Below are positions 54,786 through 64,000 of a stretch of 64,000 nt of DNA, piece by piece. Made by a program: the position numbers and the translations under genes. How positions within the stretch are numbered: position 1 is the stretch's first letter; the number at the start of each line of letters is the position of its first letter. The notes under the pieces were generated by a model that worked only from the letters and a program-made list of their open reading frames with translations, did no database searches and had not been told where the DNA came from. The DNA comes from Candidatus Avispirillum sp. (GTDB lineage Bacteria; Bacillota; Clostridia; Oscillospirales; CAG-272): positions 440 through 64,439 of the forward strand of contig JAZUGU010000138.1 of assembly GCA_045641325.1 (NCBI GenBank), in the 5' to 3' direction.

Positions 54786-56689
54786 TGAAATACTGGAATA
54801 TTAAAGACTGTGCGATTGTACGAAACGGATCGTCTCCTTTTTCGGACAACATTGAGATGGCGGGCATAAAATGTGCCGCAGTAATTTATTACGGAACAAG
54901 TGAAGACGGCACGCTCTCGTGCTCATACCGCCTTTTCTTTCCGATGCTTCGAAAGATCCCCAATGATACTCATGCAACCTTCAGACATGACATAGAAACA
55001 GATGAGCATATTTCGTTCCTGTGCAGCGGAGATAAGATTACGGAATATCCTGAAGAATACAGGATTGACGGTGTTCTCTCGGTTACGTCATGTGATAAGG
55101 ACAGACGGCTCAAGGTAAGAAGATATTATTTCCCGTGCAGGGAAAAGAGCGCGTTCGTTGAATACATAACCGTTCAGAATATCACGGATTCTGCCGTCGA
55201 TGTGTCTGCTGTATTTCCCGACAGAGAGGCTTTCGGCAGAGGTACCAAGGGCATCTATTCTTTCCGTGCAGACAGTATCGGTAATAAAGATATCCGTCTT
55301 GAAAGCGGCGGTATCGAAGTATTTGCGACCGTATATTCCGGCAGAGTGTATTCTGACGTAAAGGTTTGCGTTGATCCTGGTGAAGAGCTTATGTTAAGGC
55401 GCTCGTTCACAGATGAGATATTCTCGGAAAGCCTTGTGCTGAATACTCCTGATGATTCTATCAACCTTGAATTCGCATTTTCAAAGCTCCGTATATCCGA
55501 AAGCATATTCGATACTTTGAAAGGAAAAATGCATTGTCCGGGAGGACAGGCATATTATGCCGCAGTCTGGGCGAATGATGAAGCAGAGTATGCGGCACCT
55601 TATTTCGGCTTTTCCGGATTTGAGAACGGTATTGATGCGACAGTTAATCTGATGGAGCTGTACCGTCCGTTTATGGGCCCGGAAATGCTGCCCATACCGT
55701 CTTCGATAATTGCAGAAGGTCTTGATATATGGGAAGGTGCGGGCGACGAGGGCGATGCATCCATGTATCTCTACGGTCAGAGCCGATTCCTGCTTGAATG
55801 CGGAAACAGGGAACTGGCAGAGCAGTATTTTGACACCATTGACTGGTGCGTGAAATACATTGCAACAAAAGAGACGGAAGACCACGTTATATCATCTGAC
55901 TGCGATGAGCTCGAAGCCCGTTTTAAGATCGGCAATGCTAATCTTCTGACGAACAGCCTTTCTTACGGCGGACTTGTTTCCGCATCATATCTTGCTCGTG
56001 CTCTCGGATATTCTGACAAAGAAAAAGAATATAAGGAATTCGCTGAGAGACTTCATAACGGTATCGAAAACCATTTCGGCAGGAATTTCAAAGGATATGA
56101 TACCTACGTGTATTATACCGAATGCGATATTTTCCGCTCTTATATCTGTTCGCCGCTGACTGTGGGAATCACGGAAAGAGCTGACGGTACCGTGAAAGCT
56201 CTTCTTGATAACCTCTATACGGAAAACGGATTCCTCACGGCTGAGGGCGAGAAAATGTTCTGGGACCGTTCCACATTGTATACTTTTAGAGGTATATTCT
56301 GTGCAGGACTAACAGACTCGGCATTTGACAAATTCGTTGATTATACGGAGAAACGTCTCCTTTCTGAGCACGTACCGTACCCCATAGAAGCATGGCCCGA
56401 GGGAAATCAGCGGCATCTGTCTGCAGAGGGCGGCTTGTACGCCCGCTGTATTATTGAAGGTCTGTTTGGCATAACACCTTGCGGACTTGACAGCTTCTGC
56501 ATTAAACCTTCGCTTCCTTCCGAATGGAAGGGTAAAACCGTTTCTCTTGAAAACGTACGTGCGTTCGGCACGGTATTTGATATCGAGATCGAAATGAACG
56601 ATTCTTACCGTGTGAGTGTAACCGATTCAATCGGAACGTTTGTCAAAAATGTCGGATTCGGTGAGAGCACCGAGTTTACGGTAAAATAG
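54785..56689 (+). CDS. hypothetical protein, possibly a six-hairpin (alpha/alpha)6 glycosidase-like enzyme
   Basis: 634 aa. The start overlaps the upstream stop (TAATG). The C-terminal half looks like a helical repeat followed by a beta-sandwich tail. Assignment is weak. Confidence 0.4.
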   Translation: MKYWNIKDCAIVRNGSSPFSDNIEMAGIKCAAVIYYGTSEDGTLSCSYRLFFPMLRKIPNDTHATFRHDIETDEHISFLCSGDKITEYPEEYRIDGVLSVTSCDKDRRLKVRRYYFPCREKSAFVEYITVQNITDSAVDVSAVFPDREAFGRGTKGIYSFRADSIGNKDIRLESGGIEVFATVYSGRVYSDVKVCVDPGEELMLRRSFTDEIFSESLVLNTPDDSINLEFAFSKLRISESIFDTLKGKMHCPGGQAYYAAVWANDEAEYAAPYFGFSGFENGIDATVNLMELYRPFMGPEMLPIPSSIIAEGLDIWEGAGDEGDASMYLYGQSRFLLECGNRELAEQYFDTIDWCVKYIATKETEDHVISSDCDELEARFKIGNANLLTNSLSYGGLVSASYLARALGYSDKEKEYKEFAERLHNGIENHFGRNFKGYDTYVYYTECDIFRSYICSPLTVGITERADGTVKALLDNLYTENGFLTAEGEKMFWDRSTLYTFRGIFCAGLTDSAFDKFVDYTEKRLLSEHVPYPIEAWPEGNQRHLSAEGGLYARCIIEGLFGITPCGLDSFCIKPSLPSEWKGKTVSLENVRAFGTVFDIEIEMNDSYRVSVTDSIGTFVKNVGFGESTEFTVK

Positions 56690-56704
56690 CGCTTAACGGA
56701 TTTT

Positions 56705-56741
56705 GCCCCGCAGGACGGTTTCGTCCCGCGGGGCATTTTTT
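56705..56741 (+). terminator. intrinsic terminator
   Basis: GCCCCGCaGGACG-gttt-CGTCCcGCGGGGC followed by ATTTTTT. Confidence 0.8.
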
Positions 56742-56848
56742 GATACCTAAATGTGACCTGTAAAGAGTTTTTTTCGAAAAAAAGTAAAAAAGTAATAATT
56801 TGCGTATAATATATATGAATAACAAAATGACGAAAGGCGGCGTAAACG

Positions 56849-57862
56849 GTGACTTTAGCGGAGATTTTCTGCGAAAGAGAAAAAACGACTCTTTCTCCTT
56901 ATGCGTTTCTCACCTGCAATACAAAGGGGCGTGATTATCCCTACGTACCGTGTCAGAACCGTACCGAATTCCAGCGGGACAGGGATAAGATAATCCATTC
57001 AAAAGCTTTCCGCCGTCTGATGCATAAAACCCAGGTCTTCCTGTTTCCCGTTGATGAGCATTACAGGACAAGACTTACTCATACCCTCGAGGTGGCGCAG
57101 ATAGCCCGGATAATCTGCCGTGCTCTTATGCTCAATGAGGACCTTTGCGAAGCTGCTGCTCTCGGCCATGACCTCGGACACACTCCTTTCGGTCATGCAG
57201 GCGAAAAAGTCATGCAGGAGTGCTTCGATCCCGGATTTACGCATTATAAGCAGAGCGTACGTGTGGTCGAAAAACTTGAGCGCGACGGCAAGGGCCTTAA
57301 TCTAACCGTTGAGGTACGTGACGGGATGCTCAATCATGCCGGCGACTGCGTGGCATCTACACTTGAGGGGCGTATCATTAAATTTGCGGACCGTATAGCA
57401 TACATAAATCATGATATTGATGATGCATGCCGCGCAGGGATCATGGAAATTGACGATATCCCGAAAGACATATTGGATGTCGTCGGCAGAGGGCATAGCG
57501 AAAGGATCAACACAATGGTCACCGCTGTTATCGACGCTTCAAAGGATAAGCCGGATATTTCAGTGACTGATGAGGTGGGCGAGGCAATGAACGAGCTGAG
57601 AGATTTCCTGTTCGAGGCAGTTTACCGGAATCCCATAGCAAAGGGCGAAGAGGCCAAAGCCCGCGAGATGTTGTCGGAGCTGTTTGCATATTTTGTAAAA
57701 TTCCCCGAAAAAATGCCGGAATTCTTCTTCAACAATACGAAAGAAGAATCCGTTGAACGTTGTGTCTGTGATTATATCTCAAGCATGACCGACAGATATG
57801 CGATAGATATTTTCAAGAGCATTTTCGTTCCGTCTGTATGGCAGAAACCGTCTGAATACTGA
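56849..57862 (+). CDS. dgt: dGTPase-like HD-domain triphosphohydrolase
   Basis: RTRLTHTLEV...GHDLGHTPFGH HD signature. Sits upstream of dnaG-rpoD. GTG start. Confidence 0.85.
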   Translation: MTLAEIFCEREKTTLSPYAFLTCNTKGRDYPYVPCQNRTEFQRDRDKIIHSKAFRRLMHKTQVFLFPVDEHYRTRLTHTLEVAQIARIICRALMLNEDLCEAAALGHDLGHTPFGHAGEKVMQECFDPGFTHYKQSVRVVEKLERDGKGLNLTVEVRDGMLNHAGDCVASTLEGRIIKFADRIAYINHDIDDACRAGIMEIDDIPKDILDVVGRGHSERINTMVTAVIDASKDKPDISVTDEVGEAMNELRDFLFEAVYRNPIAKGEEAKAREMLSELFAYFVKFPEKMPEFFFNNTKEESVERCVCDYISSMTDRYAIDIFKSIFVPSVWQKPSEY

Positions 57863-57896
57863 TATCTTATTTTGAACATTTATAAGGAGGATGCTG

Positions 57897-59642
57897 ATGA
57901 TACCTGCTAATATTATCGAAGATCTTAAATTCAGAAACAGCATCGAAGACGTTATTTCATCCTATGTCAATCTGACTCGTTCCGGTTCTAACATGAAGGG
58001 ACTCTGTCCTTTCCACAGTGAGAAAACTCCATCGTTCACGGTTTACTCCGGCGACGGACACTTCTATTGCTTCGGATGCGGCGCGGGAGGAGACGTGGTC
58101 TCGTTTATCATGCGCATCGAAAATCTTGAGTACCGACCTGCCTTGGAATTTCTCGCAAAGCGGGCTGGGATCACACTTCCCGATGAGGACTGGCAGAAAA
58201 AGGACGGAGTTTCAAGAAACCGCGTCCTTGATATGAACCTTGAAGCCGCAAAATATTTCAGAAGCGTGCTTTTTTCACCGGAAGGAGAGTCGGGAAGAGC
58301 TTATTTTGAAAAGAGAAAGCTCTCCGGGTCAACGATAAAGCATTTCGGCCTCGGATATGCACCAAACCGTTTCGACGGTCTTAAAACTCACCTTCGTTCA
58401 AAGGGCTATACCGATGAGGAAATGGTCGCGGGGTATCTTTGCCAACGAAGCAAAAAGAACGAAAATAACACGTATGACTGCTTCAGAAACCGTGTTATGT
58501 TTCCCATAATAGATACCGCCGGAAACATCGTCGCTTTCGGAGGACGTGTTCTTGACGACAGTGTTCCGAAATATCTGAACTCAGCAGATACTCCTGCTTT
58601 CAAGAAAAGCAGAAACCTGTTTGCGCTGAATTACGCCCGTAATCATACTGAAAACGGTTTTATCCTTTGTGAGGGATATATGGACGTGATAGCGCTCCAC
58701 GCGGCGGGCTTTGAAAATGCTGTTGCCACTCTCGGTACTGCGATAACATCCGAGCAGGCAAGAATAATGAAGAAATACACCGATAAGGTGATAATCTCCT
58801 ATGACAGCGATGAAGCCGGACAAAAAGCTGCGGATAAAGCGCTCAGGCTGCTCGGCGAGGTCGATATAGATGCGAAAGTCCTGTCTATACCGGGAGCAAA
58901 GGATCCCGACGAATACATTAAGACATATGGCACCGAAAAGTTCCGTGAAGTATTGTCGGGAAGTAAGACGAAATTTGATTTCAAGGTTTCAAAGACACTT
59001 TCCAAATACAATATCGACGATCCCGTAGAAAAAGCAAGAGCCGCAAGGGAACTTTGTTACAGTATTGCCGATATCTATTCCAAGGTGGAAAGAGATATCT
59101 ATATCCAGAATCTCGCAAAGAAGCTTGAGCTCGATCCTAAAAGCATTGCGGCTGACGTGAACGGTATCATCAAGCGGAAAAACGCAGAAGAGAAGAAAAC
59201 AAGGCACTCAGAAATCGTGCGCGAGACCTCCGGCATGGGCAACCGCATAGACCCGGATTATGCAAAAAACGTTCGTTCTTCTGTGATCGAACGTACGGTA
59301 ATCGGACTGCTTCTTGTAAGACCGGAATATATAAAGCTTACGTCTGCGCTGTCTCCCGAGGATTTTGCATCTTCACTTACAAGGAGATTATTTGAGACTA
59401 TTACCGAAGCCTGCGCCGCCGGCGGATTTGATTTCGGTATGCTTTCCGAAAGCTTTACACAGGATGAGGTCTCCGAAGCCGAGAAGATGGCTGAGGGCAG
59501 AAGAAAGGTTTCATCAAATGGTGAAGACGTCATGAAAGAAGCCGTTGAAAGGCTGCTTGAAGAGTCTTCAAAACGAAAGCTTAAGGAATCCGGTGAAAGA
59601 GATATAAGATCTCTTATCGAAAACAGAAGAAAAAATAATTAA
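57897..59642 (+). CDS. dnaG: DNA primase
   Basis: CHC2 zinc finger CPFHSEKTPSF...CFGCG. TOPRIM motifs EGYMDV and DSDEAG. The second ATG (57897) has better spacing from AAGGAGG than 57891. Confidence 0.95.
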   Translation: MIPANIIEDLKFRNSIEDVISSYVNLTRSGSNMKGLCPFHSEKTPSFTVYSGDGHFYCFGCGAGGDVVSFIMRIENLEYRPALEFLAKRAGITLPDEDWQKKDGVSRNRVLDMNLEAAKYFRSVLFSPEGESGRAYFEKRKLSGSTIKHFGLGYAPNRFDGLKTHLRSKGYTDEEMVAGYLCQRSKKNENNTYDCFRNRVMFPIIDTAGNIVAFGGRVLDDSVPKYLNSADTPAFKKSRNLFALNYARNHTENGFILCEGYMDVIALHAAGFENAVATLGTAITSEQARIMKKYTDKVIISYDSDEAGQKAADKALRLLGEVDIDAKVLSIPGAKDPDEYIKTYGTEKFREVLSGSKTKFDFKVSKTLSKYNIDDPVEKARAARELCYSIADIYSKVERDIYIQNLAKKLELDPKSIAADVNGIIKRKNAEEKKTRHSEIVRETSGMGNRIDPDYAKNVRSSVIERTVIGLLLVRPEYIKLTSALSPEDFASSLTRRLFETITEACAAGGFDFGMLSESFTQDEVSEAEKMAEGRRKVSSNGEDVMKEAVERLLEESSKRKLKESGERDIRSLIENRRKNN

Positions 59643-59664
59643 CATATAAGGAACGGTGAAAGAA

Positions 59665-60762
59665 ATGGAACAGGAAAAGAAAAATTTCGATATCAAATCG
59701 CTTATCGAAAAGGGTAAGGGAAAAGGCTCCCTTTCAAACTCCGATATTATGGAGGCTATCGAGTTCGCTGATTTTGATATCGACCAGATCGAAAAGATCT
59801 ACGACCAGCTGGAGGCTAACGGCATCGAGGTCATCAGCTATGAAAATCCTGCAGAATTTGAAGAGATCGAAACTGAAGTTGAACAGCTTGAATCTGCCGA
59901 GGACATGGAAAAGATGCTTCAGCAGGAGGGTCTTAACATTGACGACCCTGTAAGAATGTATCTTAAAGAAATCGGTAAAGTTCCGCTTCTTGATGCCGAA
60001 AAAGAACTCGAGATCGCTGCTAAAATGGCAGAGGGCGACGAACAGGCGAAGCAGATCCTTATTGAGGCTAACCTGCGTCTTGTGGTAAGTATCGCAAAAA
60101 GATACGTCGGCAAAGGCATGTTCTTCCTCGATCTTATCCAGGAGGGAAATCTCGGCCTTATGAAGGCTGTTGAAAAATTCGACTACACCAAGGGCTATAA
60201 GTTTTCGACCTATGCTACCTGGTGGATAAGGCAGGCTATAACCCGTGCTATTGCTGATCAGGCGAGAACCATCCGTATCCCCGTTCACATGGTTGAAACG
60301 ATACATAAGGTCTCAAGATACCAGAGACAGCTTCTTCAGGAGCTCGGACATGAGGCTACCGCAGATGAGGTCGCCGAAAAGATCGGTATGTCCGCAGAAA
60401 AAGTCCGTGAGATCATGAAGATCGCGCAGGATCCCGTATCTCTCGAAACTCCTATCGGTGAAGAGGAAGACAGCCATCTGGGCGATTTCATTCCCGATGA
60501 TGATTCTCCCGCACCTCAGGATGCCGCATCATATGCAATGCTCCGCGAGCAGATCAAAGAGGTTCTTCATACTCTCACCCCCCGCGAAGAGCACGTCCTA
60601 AAGCTCCGCTACGGCCTTAACGACGGCAGAACTCATACGCTTGAGGAAGTCGGCAAGGAGTTCAATATTACCCGTGAACGTATCCGTCAGATAGAAGCTA
60701 AAGCTCTTCGTAAACTTCGCCATCCCAGCCGTTCGAAGAGACTTAAAGATTTTCTTGACTGA
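59665..60762 (+). CDS. rpoD: primary RNA polymerase sigma factor
   Basis: Regions 1.2 to 4 are present ([52 protein letters not shown]). Start ATG 59665 or GTG 59656. Confidence 0.95.
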   Translation: MEQEKKNFDIKSLIEKGKGKGSLSNSDIMEAIEFADFDIDQIEKIYDQLEANGIEVISYENPAEFEEIETEVEQLESAEDMEKMLQQEGLNIDDPVRMYLKEIGKVPLLDAEKELEIAAKMAEGDEQAKQILIEANLRLVVSIAKRYVGKGMFFLDLIQEGNLGLMKAVEKFDYTKGYKFSTYATWWIRQAITRAIADQARTIRIPVHMVETIHKVSRYQRQLLQELGHEATADEVAEKIGMSAEKVREIMKIAQDPVSLETPIGEEEDSHLGDFIPDDDSPAPQDAASYAMLREQIKEVLHTLTPREEHVLKLRYGLNDGRTHTLEEVGKEFNITRERIRQIEAKALRKLRHPSRSKRLKDFLD

Positions 60763-60787
60763 TTGGTCAAAAAGCGCCCGATTGTCC

Positions 60788-60816
60788 TTGACATACGGGA
60801 ATATATAGTGTAGAAT
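60788..60816 (+). promoter_or_regulatory. promoter (TTGACA-17-TAGAAT) of the lipoprotein gene
   Basis: TTGACA 60788..60793, TAGAAT 60811..60816. Confidence 0.55.
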
Positions 60817-60861
60817 ATATTTATGTAATTGTGCTTATTTGCACATTTTAGGAGGATCCTG

Positions 60862-62601
60862 ATGAATAAGAAGCTTGTATGTATTCTGCTTTGCGTATGT
60901 ATGCTTGCCGGAACGTTCCTCATGACCGGTTGTTCGGTTGCCGGAGGAGATTCCTCCGCTGTCGGCGGAGAAGAGACCACCGGTACTGCTTCAAGCCTTG
61001 ACCGTTCCAGTATGACACTTTCTCTGTGGGTTCCCACTTCAAAGGATACCACGGAAGAGGCTTTGTACCTTGCAGAAGAAGCAATAAACCGTATAACACA
61101 GACTGAGTTTGATACTGCAATCAAGCTCTACGGTATTCCCGAGGATGAATATGATGCTGTTATAAAGGACCGTATCACCACTCTTGAAACCCGTGTTAAC
61201 GAGGCTGAACAGAAGGCCATTGAGCAGAGAAAAAAAGAGATCGAAGCCGCTAAAAACGGCGAGGATTATATTCCCGATTCCACGGCATATGAGAATCCCA
61301 ATATGGACGGAGATTACAGCCTTGTCGTAAGAGGAGCATCCGGATACACTCCCATTGAGAAAAACCAGATGGATATTTTCCTCATCCACGGCGAAGAGGA
61401 TTATGATTACTACGCTGAAAACTACTACATAGAGTCTCTTGACGAGGAAATCACCAATTCCTGCAAAGTGCTGAAATCCTATATTTATCCCGATTTCTTC
61501 ACCGCTGCTCAGAATGACGGCACCGTTTACGGCGTTCCCAATAACCACGCTGTCGGAGAATTCACATATTTCCTTGTTAACAAAAGACTTACCGAGGAGG
61601 AGTTCCTCAATCCCGATAAGCTTACCAGCCTTTCTGACTGTCAGGAGTTTATCGAGGACGTGGCAAAATACCACAAGGACGTAACCCCCATATACGGTGA
61701 TTACGCTCCCAGCTATTACAGATTCTGGTCCGGTAAGGATCAGGCTACGTTCTCAACCCTTGCATCCCGTATTATGTACAGCACTCCCATCGAGGAAGTT
61801 GCGTTCAACAATATCTTCAGCTATAACAACTATACATCCAACTTCTACCTTTACAAAATGTTTAAGGAAAAGGGATATGTTGCTACCACTGAGCCTAAAG
61901 AGTTCGGCGTCGGATACGTCACCTGTTCTGCTGAAGAAGTGCAGAAATACGCTGACGATTATAACATAATCACTTATCTGCGTCCCGAAGGCAAACGTGC
62001 TGATTACCTCAAATCCGTATTTGCCGTGAGCTGCTTTACCAAGAGCACTGCACGTTCCATGGAAATCATCACTATGCTGAATACTGATACCGAGCTGAGA
62101 ACTATTCTCCAGTACGGCGCAGAGGGAACTCATTGGAAGTATGATGAGGAAGACAAGAACATCATCGTTAAGCTTTCCGATGATTACAAGATGAATATTG
62201 AGGATACCGGTAATGAATTCATTACTTTCCCCGACTATGGCAAGAGCATGGATGCGTGGAAGTATGCAAAAGAGCAGAACCTCAATTCCTATTATCCTAT
62301 CACCGGCAACTTCCTCAACTATCAGAACGAGAGCAACGCAGAGCTTCTTGCAGGCTTTGATAAGTTCAATGCGGAAATTTGGAACCGTATAAACAATATG
62401 AAGTCTGATGAGTTCAAGGCAAGCATTGCTTCCCTTGAAGGCGAGGTCGAGGATAACGAGTATTTCCAGAAGTTATCTTATATTCCTTCCGATAACGATT
62501 CGAGAACCGGAAGAACTGAAGAGAACGGCTGGTTTGCTTCAGCTTCTATCACCAATCTCTGGACTGAGTATTTCAACGAACTGATGGGTATTGACCAATA
62601 A
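60862..62601 (+). CDS. large extracellular solute-binding-type lipoprotein
   Basis: ATG 60862 (GGAGG upstream). Lipobox LMTGCS. Size and composition are like family-1 ABC substrate-binding proteins, but no permease genes are adjacent. Confidence 0.5.
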   Translation: MNKKLVCILLCVCMLAGTFLMTGCSVAGGDSSAVGGEETTGTASSLDRSSMTLSLWVPTSKDTTEEALYLAEEAINRITQTEFDTAIKLYGIPEDEYDAVIKDRITTLETRVNEAEQKAIEQRKKEIEAAKNGEDYIPDSTAYENPNMDGDYSLVVRGASGYTPIEKNQMDIFLIHGEEDYDYYAENYYIESLDEEITNSCKVLKSYIYPDFFTAAQNDGTVYGVPNNHAVGEFTYFLVNKRLTEEEFLNPDKLTSLSDCQEFIEDVAKYHKDVTPIYGDYAPSYYRFWSGKDQATFSTLASRIMYSTPIEEVAFNNIFSYNNYTSNFYLYKMFKEKGYVATTEPKEFGVGYVTCSAEEVQKYADDYNIITYLRPEGKRADYLKSVFAVSCFTKSTARSMEIITMLNTDTELRTILQYGAEGTHWKYDEEDKNIIVKLSDDYKMNIEDTGNEFITFPDYGKSMDAWKYAKEQNLNSYYPITGNFLNYQNESNAELLAGFDKFNAEIWNRINNMKSDEFKASIASLEGEVEDNEYFQKLSYIPSDNDSRTGRTEENGWFASASITNLWTEYFNELMGIDQ

Positions 62602-62610
62602 CATTATGAA

Positions 62611-62646
62611 GGGACTGTTGAAAATTTATTTCAACAGTCCCTTTTT
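62611..62646 (+). terminator. intrinsic terminator
   Basis: GGGACTGTTGAAA-attta-TTTCAACAGTCCC followed by TTTTT. Confidence 0.85.
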
Positions 62647-62666
62647 GCTAAGAAAGGAAAACCGAT

Positions 62667-63575
62667 ATGAAAAAACCTCTTCCCATAATACTTGATACTG
62701 ATATCGGAAGCGATATTGACGATTCCTGGGCACTTGCCATGATACTGAAGAGCCCGGAACTTGACTTAAAGCTCGTTTCCGTCACGTCCTATGATATTCC
62801 TTACCAGACCAAGGTCGCCGCAAAAATGCTCGAAGCAGCCGGCAGAACTGATATTCCTCTTGCGATGGGCAGAGGAGGATGTCCGTCGGAACTGGCGGTA
62901 GCCGACTGGGTAGGAGATTATCAGCTTGAGTCTTACCCCAATCTCAAAGAATCTGCGGCTGATGCCATTATCGAAACTGTAATGAATTCTCCGGAGCAGA
63001 TAACCATCCTTTGCATCGGAAGCTTTAAGAATCTTGCAGATGCATATGAGAAATGCCCGGAGGTTACAAAAAACAGCCGTCTTGTGGTTATCGGCGGTAA
63101 TATATATAACGGATTCTGCCAGGGTTGGCATCCCGCACTCGCCAGCGAGTGGAATATCCGTTGTGACCTTGATGCCTGGAAACGCGGCATTGAAAAGTCT
63201 GATTGGGAGGTTGAGCTTGTACCTCTTGACGTTTCAGGAAACGTTATGCTTGATACCCCGTATTTTGAAAAAGTCAGAGAAGCAGGGAAGACCGATCCGC
63301 TTATCAAGGCTCTGGTCGACAGTAATGACGTTTGGTTCAAAACCGAAAACTGGAATTATCACGGCCCTACGTCCCCCTTGTTCGATACCGTAGGTGTGTA
63401 TGCTTGTATCACACATGAAAATCTCAATTACCAAATGCTTCCCATATACTCCAGCGATAAATCCATCACTTATATTGACCCGGAAAGAGGTAAAATGATG
63501 AATACCGCTCTTACCTGGGATGACAAAGAAAGATTCTACAAATTTTTGACTGCACGTCTTTGCGGAGAAATCTGA
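62667..63575 (+). CDS. nucleoside hydrolase (inosine/uridine-preferring family)
   Basis: N-terminal DTDIGSDIDD aspartate cluster. 302 aa. Confidence 0.8.
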   Translation: MKKPLPIILDTDIGSDIDDSWALAMILKSPELDLKLVSVTSYDIPYQTKVAAKMLEAAGRTDIPLAMGRGGCPSELAVADWVGDYQLESYPNLKESAADAIIETVMNSPEQITILCIGSFKNLADAYEKCPEVTKNSRLVVIGGNIYNGFCQGWHPALASEWNIRCDLDAWKRGIEKSDWEVELVPLDVSGNVMLDTPYFEKVREAGKTDPLIKALVDSNDVWFKTENWNYHGPTSPLFDTVGVYACITHENLNYQMLPIYSSDKSITYIDPERGKMMNTALTWDDKERFYKFLTARLCGEI

Positions 63576-63600
63576 ATATTTACAGATCACGGAGAATAAC

Positions 63601-64000
63601 ATGAAAAAGATACTTTCAATTATCCTTTGCGCGGCTATGATAGCCGGATCTCTGTTCTTTGCATTGCCTGCACAGGCATATTGCAGGGGTGACCTTAATA
63701 ACGATGGAAAATTCAATGCTGTCGATACTAACATCATATCAAAGATCATTCTCGGTATCGATACAACGAACCTTGCTGAGGGATTTGCTGATGTCAACGG
63801 TGACGGTAAAGTAAACGTCAGCGATCTTGCTCTTTTAAAGAAAGCTGTTCTCGGTATTTATGAAATTATCGCCGAAAAATACAGCGTCAGCGAATTTACG
63901 ATCGGCGGTATTGATATCTGTGAGTTTGCTATCGTTATTCCTACTGAATATCCCGAATGGACAAGCGAAGAAAATGCCCGTTTCAGCGCATCTGTAATTG
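63601..64000 (+). CDS. secreted protein with N-terminal dockerin, 5' part only (runs off the right edge)
   Basis: Not on the ORF track (no stop in the window). ATG 63601 (GGAGA upstream): MKKILSIILCAAMIAGSLFFALPAQA then GDLNNDGKFNAVD...DVNGDGKVNVSDLALLKKAV. Confidence 0.75.
   Translation, partial: MKKILSIILCAAMIAGSLFFALPAQAYCRGDLNNDGKFNAVDTNIISKIILGIDTTNLAEGFADVNGDGKVNVSDLALLKKAVLGIYEIIAEKYSVSEFTIGGIDICEFAIVIPTEYPEWTSEENARFSASVI

Noticed and set aside
1-64000. Search for CRISPR arrays, tRNA/rRNA genes, transposases, reverse transcriptases
   Set aside because: I saw no regularly spaced direct repeats, no tRNA T-arm/acceptor patterns (the GTTCGAA at about 5271 lacks complementary stems), no rRNA-like segments and no DDE/RT motifs in any long ORF. 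A computational scan (tRNAscan-SE, Infernal, ISfinder) would be needed to be certain.

Overview
64-kb window from a Firmicute. Gene content and several dockerin modules suggest a cellulosome-bearing Clostridia/Ruminococcus-like organism, but that is inference only. All family calls are motif recognition from memory; no searches were run. Positions 1-5.1 kb form an AT-rich accessory island with every ORF on the minus strand. It holds an AbiEi-type antitoxin/regulator followed by what looks like a decayed AbiEii toxin, a 1-TM protein, a 407-aa unknown translationally coupled to a small XRE HTH protein, and a three-gene operon (zinc-ribbon protein, Cys-rich protein, large 2-TM protein running off the left edge). 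The last two units carry the same 24-bp palindromic box in the same promoter geometry. This is my best candidate for an undescribed defence/addiction-type system. The rest is mostly core genome: argC-argJ-argB/argD-argF (argB and argD fused in frame), an adenosine-deaminase-family gene, VTC/DUF4956, split metH plus metF, tcdA, upp, two RluA-type synthases flanking an lnt homologue, ileS with an Ile T-box, rplS, a GH29 fucosidase, a lone mazF, an AMP-ligase/ACP/TagA operon, potABCD behind a long structured leader, folT-folC behind a THF riboswitch, a Xer-like recombinase, glycosidase-like genes, dgt-dnaG-rpoD, and several dockerin proteins. The second main observation is a 217-nt repeat present twice (13625..13841 and 49069..49285). 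Each copy sits between convergent genes inside the arms of a terminator-like hairpin, and its long closing helix shows compensatory changes between the copies. I found no rRNA, tRNA, CRISPR array or transposase.
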